From: Octopus bimaculoides
Taxonomy: Eukaryota
Direction: 5' to 3'
Length of the DNA: 63,377 nucleotides
Assembly (NCBI RefSeq): GCF_001194135.2
Contig: NC_068993.1
Span: 50,023,277-50,086,653 of the forward strand
The translations under genes were made by a program, and so were the position numbers. The notes below the pieces were generated by a model. It did not search any database and was not told the origin of the DNA. It was given only the letters and a program-made list of their open reading frames with translations. Of the stretch, positions 50,601-63,377 are shown one piece after another. The first letter of the stretch is position 1, and each line of letters begins with the position of its first letter.

Positions 50601-52904
50601 AATGATTGTGTGCATGTATGTGTAAATGCTTGTTTCTATGGGTCTTCACATTCACGCTGAACAAAAACAGTGTTACTTGTTTGCCTTTCTTGCAAACAAT
50701 ATGTAAAATAGTTTGTCAGTTTTGGTGTGTAAATACAAGTGAAATGAAAATACCTTACTTGAAAAGCAAGTAAGGGTTGATGACAGGGAAGGCTTCCAGT
50801 CATAGAATACTGCCTCAATAAGCCTCATCCAAACCATGCCAGATTAGACAAAAAAAACATTGAGGAACATGTAGAGGAACATTTTTCTTTTTTAAAGAAT
50901 AAGATGGAGTAGATCCTTGGCGTTAGCTCAACTGTGTGATCAACCGCTCTTCCTCCTCCTCCTCCTCCTCCTCCTTCTTTTTCACCTCCTCCTCCTTGCT
51001 GCATCTTATATTTCAAACACAGAATGCATAAAACTATATCAATCTTTCTCCCCTTCCATTTCTTAACACAATAGTGTGTGATATGAGGGAGATTTTAGCT
51101 GCTGTTACTACCAGGATGAGTAACTTATAGAGGCTTCATCATTTCCAAGATATATTTAATAAATAATTTTAGATAAATATTTAATACTATGTAGAGCATG
51201 AAACCATACAATAGAATAAAGCATTCTTTCTTTTTTTAGCCATAGAACCTGAAGAATCACTGTGCTATATAATTAATTCTATATGGAATATTATTACTCT
51301 GAACAATGAGAATATAAGAATGAAAAGTTACTGCTGATGAAAAATATCAAATGAATTTCGATATTGCATTTAGACTTTGAGAATTAAATATATGTTACTC
51401 TCTTTTACTATAGCCTAAACTGGAATTAAATTAATTTACTGTTTTGTAATTTCTTCAGAATTACTTTTAAATGATCATTCACAACCTTCATTCAATTAAT
51501 GTAAGTACTCTCTGGAGTGGCCATGTGATGATGGTGGTGGCAATGGTAGTGGTAGTAGTGGTGGTGGTGGTGGGAAGGTCACTTCTCTAAGGGTTTTACT
51601 CATAGATTTTATAAGCAGCAAACAAAACAAAATGAAGATTGTTTAAAGAATGCTACTAAATTAGCACTTTTGTGCTTGAATTTGAGTGGCTTAATCTGTC
51701 ATTAGCTGCTACACATTTGAGGAAATTGGACTGGGAAGACAAACAACTGGAAAAATAAGCCATGTTTACAATGGGTTCATCACCATCATCACCATCACCA
51801 CAACCACCACCATTGTCAACACTGATTCTATCACGATGATATTGTTTAGATATCTAGAAGACGTAATAACCCCAGCATCTAACCATTCTTTCTATCCAGA
51901 GTTCTAACTTTACCAAAGCCACTCCACTAAGTAGTGATGGTTGTTAGCTGACTTATCTTGTCTCACTATAATGATAATGAAGATGATGATGATGATACAT
52001 GAGCAGACAACAATGGTAAAAAGACAAAAATCTCAAATATTGGTACTGGACATGGGAAACAATCGAACAGTGACAAATAAAAGATTATTGTGCATATAAT
52101 AGAAATATGTTTTTAAAAATAGTTTCCTTTGTTTTATTTTTTAAGTTCTACTGTCTAACCAGAGTTCAGTCAGTGGACTGTAATCATTCTGGACCACCAC
52201 ATTCATCAAAACTATAATTGCTTATATAAACTTCCAGTACTGTTGCTTATTGTATCAGCCTCATATGGTTGATAAAATAAGCAGCAAAGGTGAAGTTTCT
52301 GTACTTTCTGGGTGGAGGGTGCAGTTATTGGTTTAGGTGATATCCATGTCTAATTAGTCAGGTAAATGAAACAAGATGACTTCAGTTAGAAATTAAGAGA
52401 TCATTCTAAGTTAGCTCTAAATGATCAGGGCATATGATGAAAACTATTCCAACCATGATCACCCACTCCTCTATATCTAAGACAACAATTATCAAATATG
52501 TTCCTGCACTTAAAGACTAGAAAAGTGTAATTTAAAGAGGTTTAGCTGTTATATCTAGCAAACTGATCAACTGCATAGAAGTTATGATGTCAGCTTCTTA
52601 AGTCTTTACTACTAGACCACCACCACCACGACCAACAACAACAATAATGTGTATAATATTTATAATATAGAATAGCATTAGCTGTGATATTTTGTCTTAG
52701 AGAAACTTCTCAACTAGACTAATGTGTTAAAAAACAATGAACTCATTCAGGATATATTCAGCAAATCATAGGGCATGGTGTTTCAGTTTAATTTGGTCTC
52801 CTCATTGATGAACACTCCTGGACACTCTGAGCTAAGCTGAATATTATTTCTTCGGATAATAATAATAATTATTTTTAACATTGGTACAGGGGCAGTACTT
52901 TTTT

Positions 52905-53300
52905 AGAAGGGAATAGGTTAATACCATCAACTCTAGTATTCAGCTGATACTTTACTATACTAACCTCAAAAGAATGAACGGTAAAATTGTTCCCGATCAG
53001 ATTTGATCAGAGAATGTAAAAAGCGAGAAGAAATACAGCAAAGCTTTTTGTCTGACATGCTAAAGAAGCTGCCAATACAGCACCGTCATTGGTGTCATAG
53101 TAATAGCAGCAGTAGTAATTCTTGTTGTTGTTTCTAGTATAAACATAAGTCCTGAAGTTTGGGGGAGGGAGGTAATCAGTTATATTGACCACCCCCAGTA
53201 CTTGACTGGTTCTATATTTTATAGCCTCTACAGGGAAGGAAGGCAAAGTTGACTTTGGTGGGATAAGAACTCAAAATGGAAAGATCCAGAAATACCACAT
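52905..53300 (-). mobile_element. Two decayed family F SINE copies
   Basis: GGAAGGCAAAGTTGACTTTGGTGGGATAAGAACTC and AAAGAATGAACGGTAAAATTG..GATTTGATCAGAGAATGTAAA. Confidence 0.6.
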
Positions 53301-53326
53301 TTCCTCTAATAATAATCATCATGATT

Positions 53327-53364
<38 letters not shown>

Positions 53365-53675
53365 TATTATTATTACTAAATTTTATATGCTAGAAAGGCT
53401 CTTGCAGAAAGACAAAAATAAAAATTTTATCAATGTAAGAAATTTGGGAAGAAAAAAAAAGCAATAATAATAATAATAATAAATCTGCATAAATGAAATG
53501 TATGGGATCACATGTTAAAACTCCAAGAGACATGTTTGGCTATAGAGTCTCAAACATGACATGTCTATGATAAATCTTCAATAATTCTGTGCATTAATGT
53601 AATTGGTCTGGTGACAAAAAACAGGAATAAAATTAATGGCAATGCCAGTATTGTTTAGTTTCCTGACTCTTCTAC

Positions 53676-53723
<48 letters not shown>

Positions 53724-54177
53724 CACACACACACAAAGTTGCTGTTGTTCTTGTTATAGCATTTTTATTTACTAGTTACCTCAAAAATGACAGGATTGCT
53801 GAACCAGTAAGTCATAACAATATTCACTATCATCATCATCATCATCATCATCATCGTCATCATTATTATTATTATTATCATCATCATCATTATATATGCT
53901 CAGGTATCTATGTCTGAGAAGCTATAAATAACTAACTAAATATTCTATATTGTAGATACACAGTATAATGCAACACGTAATACATAATACATTTTCCGTG
54001 TTACATTATGGTAGGTATGTTATTTTTGTAACAGTTGACTACTTAGAAAAAAGAAAAAGAAAAGATGAAACCAACCTTGAGAATTGCAATAAGATATGTG
54101 ATGTATGTTTGTTTGTTTGTGTGTGTATATATGTATATATGCATATATATGTATATGTGTGTGTGTGTGTGTGCATG

Positions 54178-54259
<82 letters not shown>

Positions 54260-54439
54260 ATATGCACCATAGCATTTTATATACACAATACTAAAATCCA
54301 AAACTAAGCAAAAATTTTGCAATCACTTGTGTAAAATTTTGTGTGTGCGCATGCACTCACACACTATCTTTCACAAGTGGCTGTCTAAGAGTGTGAGTGT
54401 GATGTATGGTGTTAGTTCATTTAATATTCATTTTTCCAT

Positions 54440-54535
54440 GTTAGAATGGATAAGGTAGTGAAATTTTTTAGCCAGGATATTATGGCCAGATCTGTTCTTC
54501 CTATTGCCAATCCTTTACCTGTTTTGCAAGGAAGC
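54440..54535 (-). mobile_element. Tail-B module abutting the RTE fragment
   Basis: Reverse complement CCTTGCAAAACAGGTAAAGGATTGGCAATAGGAAGAACAGATCTGGCCATA...AACATGGAAAAATGAATATTAAA. Confidence 0.5.
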
Positions 54536-54540
54536 AGATT

Positions 54541-54773
54541 GTTTCAGATGGTGAAGACTACACTATAGATCCTAAGTTGTTCAGGATCAAAACCTTTCCA
54601 AAAGAAGGTATAATGACCTTGTTCTTTTTGAGTTGTCCATTTTCTACTCTTCTGGTTTCACTCAAAGCAACAATGTCAAAATTGAACTTTTGAAGTTCAT
54701 CAGCTACAAAGCACTTCTTTCAGGCCTGTCCAAGTTTGAATTGCCCATTAGAGTTCAATGTTTCAAATTTCAT
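54541..54773 (-). mobile_element. Decayed RTE-clade LINE N-terminus (APE endonuclease)
   Basis: MKFETLN / LMGNSNLDRPERSAL / FVADELQKFNFDIVALSETRRVENGQLK / EQGHYTFFWKGFDPEQLRIYSVVFTI; matches the RTE motif ..RPERRTALVARELARYNIDIAALSETR..GQL.E.GYTFFW.G....R.HGVGFAI; three frameshifts. Confidence 0.88.
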
Positions 54774-55955
54774 TGTTTCATGTCCTGTAATTTTTCAAGC
54801 CATATGTGGGTGAAACTCTCTAGATGCAGTTCTCCAGACAGGCTGGAATGTATCAGATTATGTTTAGGGCAACTTTTCTAGCCCCCTCCCTTACTTTTAG
54901 GGTTTGCAGATTTGATCCTAAAGAGTGGCTGAATTGGTATTCCCTGCTTCAATGCCAGTTCATGACTGAGAGCTTCCAGTTATAATTAGTCTGCTTCTGT
55001 AATCCTAACCCAATCACCAGAAGACTTTTTTTTAAACAAAGATTCCTCTGTGTGATGTTGCTTGTCATGTACTTGTTGCTATATGTATATANNNNNNNNN
55101 NNNNNNNNNNNNNNNNNNNNNNNNNNNNNNNNNNNNNNNNNNNNNNNNNNNNNNNNNNNNNNNNNNNNNNNNNNNNNNNNNNNNNNNNNNNNNNNNNNNN
55201 NNNNNNNNNNNNNNNNNNNNNNNNNNNNNNNNNNNNNNNNNNNNNNNNNNNNNNNNNNNNNNNNNNNNNNNNNNNNNNNNNNNNNNNNNNNNNNNNNNNN
55301 NNNNNNNNNNNNNNNNNNNNNNNNNNNNNNNNNNNNNNNNNNNNNNNNNNNNNNNNNNNNNNNNNNNNNNNNNNNNNNNNNNNNNNNNNNNNNNNNNNNN
55401 NNNNNNNNNNNNNNNNNNNNNNNNNNNNNNNNNNNNNNNNNNNNNNNNNNNNNNNNNNNNNNNNNNNNNNNNNNNNNNNNNNNNNNNNNNNNNNNNNNNN
55501 NNNNNNNNNNNNNNNNNNNNNNNNNNNNNNNNNNNNNNNNNNNNNNNNNNNNNNNNNNNNNNNNNNNNNNNNNNNNNNNNNNNNNNNNNNNNNNNNNNNN
55601 NNNNNNNNNNNNNNNNNNNNNNNNNNNNNNNNNNNNNNNNNNNNNNNNNNNNNNNNNNNNNNNNNNNNNNNNNNNNNNNNNNNNNNNNNNNNNNNNNNNN
55701 NNNNNNNNNNNNNNNNNNNNNNNNNNNNNNNNNNNNNNNNNNNNNNNNNNNNNNNNNNNNNNNNNNNNNNNNNNNNNNNNNNNNNNNNNNNNNNNNNNNN
55801 NNNNNNNNNNNNNNNNNNNNNNNNNNNNNNNNNNNNNNNNNNNNNNNNNNNNNNNNNNNNNNNNNNNNNNNNNNNNNNNNNNNNNNNNNNNNNNNNNNNN
55901 NNNNNNNNNNNNNNNNNNNNNNNNNNNNNNNNNNNNNNNNNNNNNNNNNNNNNNN

Positions 55956-55997
<42 letters not shown>

Positions 55998-57032
55998 TAT
56001 TGGATGTGTCAGTATTTAGCTGTCATACATTTATTTAATTTACATCATTAACATCCTTGTGGAAGGTGATGGTGAGAACTGTAATATCAGGGGTGAACAT
56101 CTAGTAAATGGGATGTGTGATGCAGTTACCAATTTTGCTTGAAGACACTATACAACCTGCCAGTAATACTCTTGAGAAAAGCAATAACATTACAACCTTA
56201 ATTCTACCACAATTTTTCATTTGTGTGCATATATGAGAGAGAGGAGAGAGAGAGAGTGAGGAGCAGAAAGAGAGTGAGGAGCAGAGAGAGAGAGTAAGGA
56301 GCAGAGAGAGAGAGAGTGAGTGAGTGATTGTTGTTCATACATATAGGTTTCCTTGAAAACACTGATAAGTACTTGTTTCATTTATATCATTAATGGCCTT
56401 TGGATATAATCACATCCTTGCTTTCCCTAAAGGATAGTGTTTAGTGTATGGCAGGTACTGTAGTGCTAGGAGCAAGCTTCTTTTGAGGTATGACTGCTAT
56501 ACAGTTTCAGATCCTGATTGAATAAACTACATAATATCCCTTCCAGGAATTTTCTGGGAGAAATGCTTGAATGTATGTTACATCACACACTACTATTTTG
56601 CTTCTAAAATTGTTCATTCCCAATCAAGGAAAAGTCTATATTTAATACACATGTGTGTGAAGGAGCCACCTGTTTGACATATCAGAATTAAAGGTATCCA
56701 TTTATGAGTGATTTATGCTATTTACCTCAGGGAAGTAGAAATCAAGTTTGGAAGGTTCATCCCTTTTTACGTAGTGAGTGAAATTGCCACATAAGATAAT
56801 TTGAAACCAGGTTGTGGAATCTCAATTTACCTGGTGGATTCAATAAACAACGGATGAGTCTGATAACTTTATGTTGAAAAGCACATCTTTTCTGACAGTG
56901 TCTGCTAGGAAAATTAGAAAAAGGGATTCAATTATGATATTTTCTTTGACTATTGTAGTTTTTAATAAATATTTCGCTATATTTTGAAAACGCTTCTATC
57001 TAGTTTGGGTGCATTGGAAGCCTAAGAAAGAA

Positions 57033-57131
57033 ATCATCATCATCATCATCGTTTAACGTCTGCTTTCCATGCTAGCATGGGTTGGATGATTTGACAGAGG
57101 ACTGGTGAACCAGATGGCTACACCAGGCTCC
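57033..57131 (-). mobile_element. 5'-truncated family C copy
   Basis: (ATC)n GTTTAACGTCTGCTTTCCATGCTAGCATGGGTTGG..CCAGGCTCC. Confidence 0.85.
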
Positions 57132-57256
57132 ATCATTATTATAGCTAAAAACTCAATTAACCTGTGTTCTTTATATTCCTCTCGTTATTATTATTTTTCT
57201 GTTTTCTTCTTTTTTCTTTCTTATCTTATTTTTACCTATATGTTATTTCCTCAGCT

Positions 57257-57404
57257 GTGGCTATTTGGTGAAAGGTTTGCTTCCCAACACATGGTTGTGT
57301 GTTCAGTTCTTTTGTGTGGCACCATAGACAAGTTTCTTCTACCTTAGCCCCTGGCCAACCAAAGCCTTGTGAGTGGGTTTGGTACATGAAAACTGAAAAG
57401 CCAT

Positions 57405-57445
<41 letters not shown>

Positions 57446-57686
57446 TGTGTGTGTGTGTATCTTTCTTTGTGTTTATTCCCTCCCTGCTACATGCACACAA
57501 AATACTTGATAACCAGTACTGGTTTGTTTACATCCTTGTAACTTAGCAGTTTAGCAAAAGGTACTGATAGGATAAGTATCAAACTGAAAAGCAAATACAG
57601 GGGTTGATTTAGTCAGCTAAACTGTTCAAGGCAGTGACCTAGCATGGTTTACAGTCCAATGACTGAAACAAGTAAAATATAAAAGA
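57257..57686 (+). mobile_element. Composite SINE head A + (TA)n(TG)n + tail 1
   Basis: GGTTTGCTTCCCAACACATGG..CCAAAGCCTTGTGAGTGG; tail ending TCCAATGACTGAAACAAGTAAAA. Confidence 0.85.
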
Positions 57687-57809
57687 CATCCGTGATGTTC
57701 GAATGTGAAGTATCAGGAAACAATCTGCATGGCTCAACATTAAATTGTTCAACAGACCTTCTGGCTGATTTTCTGATGAAACATGCATAAATGAAAGACA
57801 TTTAATTCA

Positions 57810-57888
<79 letters not shown>

Positions 57889-59394
57889 ATATTTTCCTAT
57901 GCTCTGTGGGGTGATTTCTATACATGTGTTTTTATTAACCATGATATCTATGTTATTAGCTGGTTGTAGCAGTTGGTGCCTCTCACTTGGAATGTAGACT
58001 TAATCCATCAACTGGTTTAACACCATCATTTTGGCACCTTTGGTGCCCTTAGCAAAGTTCTCCTTGGTGCAAGCTTTCAGGCTGGATCTCTGCTTTGTAG
58101 ACAACTTCCTCCTTACCCCTGGGTTTGGAAATGAATGAATAAATAAATATATAAATAAAATAATTTAAAAAATGGTTCTGGGCACCACCCTTCTTCCCCT
58201 CATGAAACAGTAATAAAAAAATAAAATTGTCATCTATGTAATCCAACATTCCGAAAAGAAAAGCAAAAAGGAAAAAAGAAAAACCGTTTTCGTTCCCAAA
58301 AGCCTAAAACCATGGCAAGATGGAGAGGAATTGACGAATATTATTTCATGCAAAGTGGTCCAAGTGAACCCACAGATCAATCTTCAGCAACATGACAATA
58401 ATAATAATAATAATAATAATGATAACAATAATGATGGTAATAATTTTCGAACAATAACAACCTATATTGTAATCTCTCATATTATATCAATATTACATAT
58501 ACATTTCAATCAACTGTGCAATATTACTTTATAAACTGTACATGAAGAGTGTGTATACATCCTCATGTGTGTGTGTGTGCAGGTGCGTGTATGTGTATGT
58601 ATGTAATTGAGAAATACAGGGATATCACACTCACCTCTGTGTATTCTCTTCTTAAAACATTATCTATACAACTGCCTTATCTTCTATACTATGAAAAATC
58701 TAACATTACTTGGAAAATTGTGTGTGTATATTGGACTTTGCTGTCTTTTTTTTTTTATTTTTGCTTTTCAGTAAAAACTTCTCCATTCTACTCTATATCA
58801 CATTTGTTAGGTTGTAAAAGAAAAATAGAAAACAACATTATATACGCATATATATATATACACATACATACATACATACATATATATATGTATATATATC
58901 TATATATATATATATATACATATATATATAAGTATATATACATATATGTATGTATATATGCATATATATATATATATNNNNNNNNNNNNNNNNNNNNNNN
59001 NNNNNNNNNNNNNNNNNNNNNNNNNNNNNNNNNNNNNNNNNNNNNNNNNNNNNNNNNNNNNNNNNNNNNNNNNNNNNNNNNNNNNNNNNNNNNNNNNNNN
59101 NNNNNNNNNNNNNNNNNNNNNNNNNNNNNNNNNNNNNNNNNNNNNNNNNNNNNNNNNNNNNNNNNNNNNNNNNNNNNNNNNNNNNNNNNNNNNNNNNNNN
59201 NNNNNNNNNNNNNNNNNNNNNNNNNNNNNNNNNNNNNNNNNNNNNNNNNNNNNNNNNNNNNNNNNNNNNNNNNNNNNNNNNNNNNNNNNNNNNNNNNNNN
59301 NNNNNNNNNNNNNNNNNNNNNNNNNNNNNNNNNNNNNNNNNNNNNNNNNNNNNNNNNNNNNNNNNNNNNNNNNNNNNNNNNNNNNNNNNNNNNN

Positions 59395-59470
<76 letters not shown>

Positions 59471-60184
59471 TATATATATATGTATACATAATCAGCTCAA
59501 TTACATAACATACAAAGTCCGTATGCACAGTAATATACAATACATAATATTAAAGGGCTATAAACTCTTCTATATCACATGTGAAACTATGTAAATCTCC
59601 TTTTACTCTCTTTTCCACTCACTCATTCATTCTCCTATACAGCTCTATTACAGCTTTGTTGAGATGTACTATTAAAGGGCTATAAACTCGTCTGCATCAT
59701 TCTTAGTGTGTTATCTCCGTCTGACTCTCACTCTCTCACTCTCTCTCCCATACTATGTTTCTTACTATGGAGGATGACTCATCCTCCCTTTCAAACGAAT
59801 GCATTCATCTTTTGCATCCTTGCCTTTCTACACATTTCTTCTCATCCATCTCTTTATATATACACACACTGTCTTTATCTCTTTCTGCTGCACCTCTTTT
59901 CCTCCTTCTGATTCTGTGTGTATATATATATATATACATATATATATGTGTGTGTGTGTGTGTTGCATCATCCATAAACGCATGCAAACACATATAGGTA
60001 TATGCGGCATAGACACAAAAAATTATATGCAGAAATGCATACTCATATACAAAAACACACATGTGCATATATTATATATGAGTGTGTGTATGTCTGTATG
60101 TATGCACACACACACAGATGTGTACTATACATATATACATATATATATGTAAAGTAAATGCATATATATATATATATATATATA

Positions 60185-60218
<34 letters not shown>

Positions 60219-60841
60219 NNNNNNNNNNNNNNNNNNNNNNNNNNNNNNNNNNNNNNNNNNNNNNNNNNNNNNNNNNNNNNNNNNNNNNNNNNNNNNNNNN
60301 NNNNNNNNNNNNNNNNNNNNNNNNNNNNNNNNNNNNNNNNNNNNNNNNNNNNNNNNNNNNNNNNNNNNNNNNNNNNNNNNNNNNNNNNNNNNNNNNNNNN
60401 NNNNNNNNNNNNNNNNNNNNNNNNNNNNNNNNNNNNNNNNNNNNNNNNNNNNNNNNNNNNNNNNNNNNNNNNNNNNNNNNNNNNNNNNNNNNNNNNNNNN
60501 NNNNNNNNNNNNNNNNNNNNNNNNNNNNNNNNNNNNNNNNNNNNNNNNNNNNNNNNNNNNNNNNNNNNNNNNNNNNNNNNNNNNNNNNNNNNNNNNNNNN
60601 NNNNNNNNNNNNNNNNNNNNNNNNNNNNNNNNNNNNNNNNNNNNNNNNNNNNNNNNNNNNNNNNNNNNNNNNNNNNNNNNNNNNNNNNNNNNNNNNNNNN
60701 NNNNNNNNNNNNNNNNNNNNNNNNNNNNNNNNNNNNNNNNNNNNNNNNNNNNNNNNNNNNNNNNNNNNNNNNNNNNNNNNNNNNNNNNNNNNNNNNNNNN
60801 NNNNNNNNNNNNNNNNNNNNNNNNNNNNNNNNNNNNNNNNN

Positions 60842-60897
<56 letters not shown>

Positions 60898-61335
60898 CAT
60901 ACACACACATATCTACTCATATTCACACAGAAACATGCATATATTCATATGCATAGGCACTCATCTCTATATCTATGTATTAGACTATCTCTATAATTCT
61001 CTTTGTTTCTGTGTACCTGTATCTCTCTACTACTACTACTACTACTACTATTACAACTACACTTACGACTAATACTACCACCACCACCACCACCACCACC
61101 GCTGCCACCACCACTTCTACTGTTCCTTGTAACTTTCAGAATTTTCTCTTTCATTCAATAAGCAATAGGAAAAGAAAAGAAAAAAGAAAAAAAAAGAAAA
61201 AGAAACAAAATAATCAAAATCAAATTTGACATATATTGCCTGCAGCCAGTCATCCAATAGATTTTCATCATCGTCTTAGTTTTCTTTCGCAAGATGATGA
61301 TGACGATGACGATGACGACGATGGCAGTGATAATA

Positions 61336-61366
<31 letters not shown>

Positions 61367-61546
61367 CGTCAACGACGACACAGACATAGAAATGTGTCAT
61401 TTACTTCAGCTTCCCTCCTTTTTTTGCTTCTTTTACCTTTATCTCTTCTTTCTCCTATACACTTGGGCTTCCTCAATCTCAAAGATGGTATCGACTTGAC
61501 TATGGCAGCAGCATACAACACTCTTCACTCCTGACTTTTGTAGAAT

Positions 61547-61580
<34 letters not shown>

Positions 61581-61849
61581 ATATGCAATCTCACTCGCGT
61601 CTACTTATATGTACACACAGCCTCGCACATATTCATGTGCACACATCTATCTCTCTTTCTCAATCTTACTCTGCCCACCACTTTATCCCCTCTCTTAAAC
61701 CCTCTGTCTTTCTAACGTTTGCCTACTCCCCACTCATGCACACACTTTGTCATTCTGTCTCTCTGTCTCTCTCTGTCGTGCTTCCTTCATCTCTCTCACA
61801 TGCATCTTACTGCATATTTCTTTTGTCTTTCTATATCTACCTTAAACTT

Positions 61850-61952
61850 CTTCTCTCTCTCATTCTCTCTCTCTCTATCTCTCTCTCTTTCTCTCTTTCT
61901 CTCTCTCTCTTTCTCTCTCTCTCTGTCTCTCTCTCTCTCTTTNNNNNNNNNN

Positions 61953-62032
<80 letters not shown>

Positions 62033-62040
62033 TCTCTCTC
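61850..62040. repeat. (CT)n microsatellite (also 57813-57888, 42533-42595)
   Basis: Direct inspection. Confidence 0.95.
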
Positions 62041-62183
62041 TACTCGCCATCCAACTTAGTCTATCAACTAATTTTGCATTTTGCTATGCTTGCATATATT
62101 TGTATATATCAGTATGTATGTGTATATATGTGTGTGTGTATATATAGGTATACACATATATAATTATATATATGCTTACACAT

Positions 62184-62214
<31 letters not shown>

Positions 62215-62770
62215 CATATATATATATATACACACACATGTATATATATATATATATATATATATTTGTTTCATGGATATGTTTTGTTTTTTTTTGTGTG
62301 GTGGAGAGGTTAAGATATGAAGAAGACTTTGTATTACACACCTGAGCTCATTCCATACTTTATGTACGCCTGATCTTGGTCTGAAGTATTTCATAGTCAT
62401 ATATCTCTCAGAAAGATGCCTCTGCCAAAATTTCAACTTCACAAATTGTCAGGTGTTAAGATCAGTCCAAAAATGAAAATATAAATTTGGATATAAAAGC
62501 ACATTTATAGTTAGATATTTAGATAGATAGACAGATAGATAAAGTTATGAATAGCTAAGTAGATGAATACTGTAACGTTTTATGCACACGCTTGCATATG
62601 CACATATACATAATCTATGCATATATATGCACAGAGGAGCATATATAACTACAGACATGCACCTGTGTATCTGCATATGCATGTGTTAGTGTTTATATAT
62701 GACTGTGTATAGTATCATATATGTATGTTTCTGCTTGTCTGTGTCATTCATAAATGTATTCATTATCATC

Positions 62771-62950
62771 CATCATCATTTAACATCTATTTTTGCAAGA
62801 TGGCTTGGGTTAGATCGTTTGACAAGATCTGATGGGTCCATGGACCACTTTGTGTTCCAGTGTCTGCTTTTGGCATGGTTTCTACAGCTGGATGCCTTTG
62901 CTAATACCAACCATTTTATACTGGGCATTTTTTTTCATGCCACCAGCACT
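62771..62950 (-). mobile_element. Older family C-related copy
   Basis: GGTTTCTACAGCTGGATGCCTTTGCTAATACCAACC. Confidence 0.7.
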
Positions 62951-63335
62951 AGTGAGGTTACCATGCAGCTGAAAATACTACAAAAGCCAGTGCAGTGAGG
63001 AGATGAGGGGTAAAAGTAAGAGAACGAAGAGAGGAAGGGGTGAACAGGTTCTTGTTTTAGAGGATTTACATGGTTACTCTCACACACACACGTTTCTGTG
63101 TCCAGCTATTTAAATTATTATAGAGTTATATATCTAGTCTGTCTACCTGTGTGTCTATCTCTCCTGCCTTTCTTCCTTTGTTCCTATCTGTCCTATCTAT
63201 AAAATGCTATTATCTAAATATATTCTTTCGTTTTGGATCAGCAATTTGTGAAGAGGAAAATTTAGCACATAGACTTTTTCTAAGAGAAGTTTGACCACAA
63301 AATACTTTAAAACCAAGCGCAAGCATACCTATACC

Positions 63336-63369
<34 letters not shown>

Positions 63370-63377
63370 AATGTATG

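Noticed and set aside
61236-61499. Asp-rich ORF
   Set aside because: A (GAT/GAC)n microsatellite with low-complexity flanks; no domain and no good donor

Overview
Eukaryotic, AT-rich, microsatellite-saturated DNA from a gapped short-read assembly (about 15 N-runs, mostly next to microsatellites or repeats). The dispersed repeat families (e.g. the ...CCAACCCATGCTAGCATGGAAAGCGGACGTTAAACGATGATG element) look like octopod (Octopus-type) SINEs; the taxon is inferred from recognition, not from a search. I found no recognisable host protein-coding exon, rRNA, true tRNA or CRISPR array, and nearly all listed ORFs are microsatellite or gap artefacts. The window is best read as the inside of a very long intron or a gene desert. 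It holds many modular SINEs, decayed LINE fragments (CR1-group RT, HERO-like RLE, RTE APE), hAT-type MITEs and five long inverted repeats or palindromes. Top observation: a full-consensus recursive-splice-site architecture on the + strand at 39520-39617 (CTAAC branch point, about 26-nt pyrimidine tract, AG|GTAAGT, 59-nt RS-exon ending in ATG|GTAAGT). Second: a palindromic Penelope-like terminus at 10575-10861 carrying two decayed minimal type-I hammerhead ribozyme motifs. All alignments and mismatch counts were done by eye and need computational confirmation.
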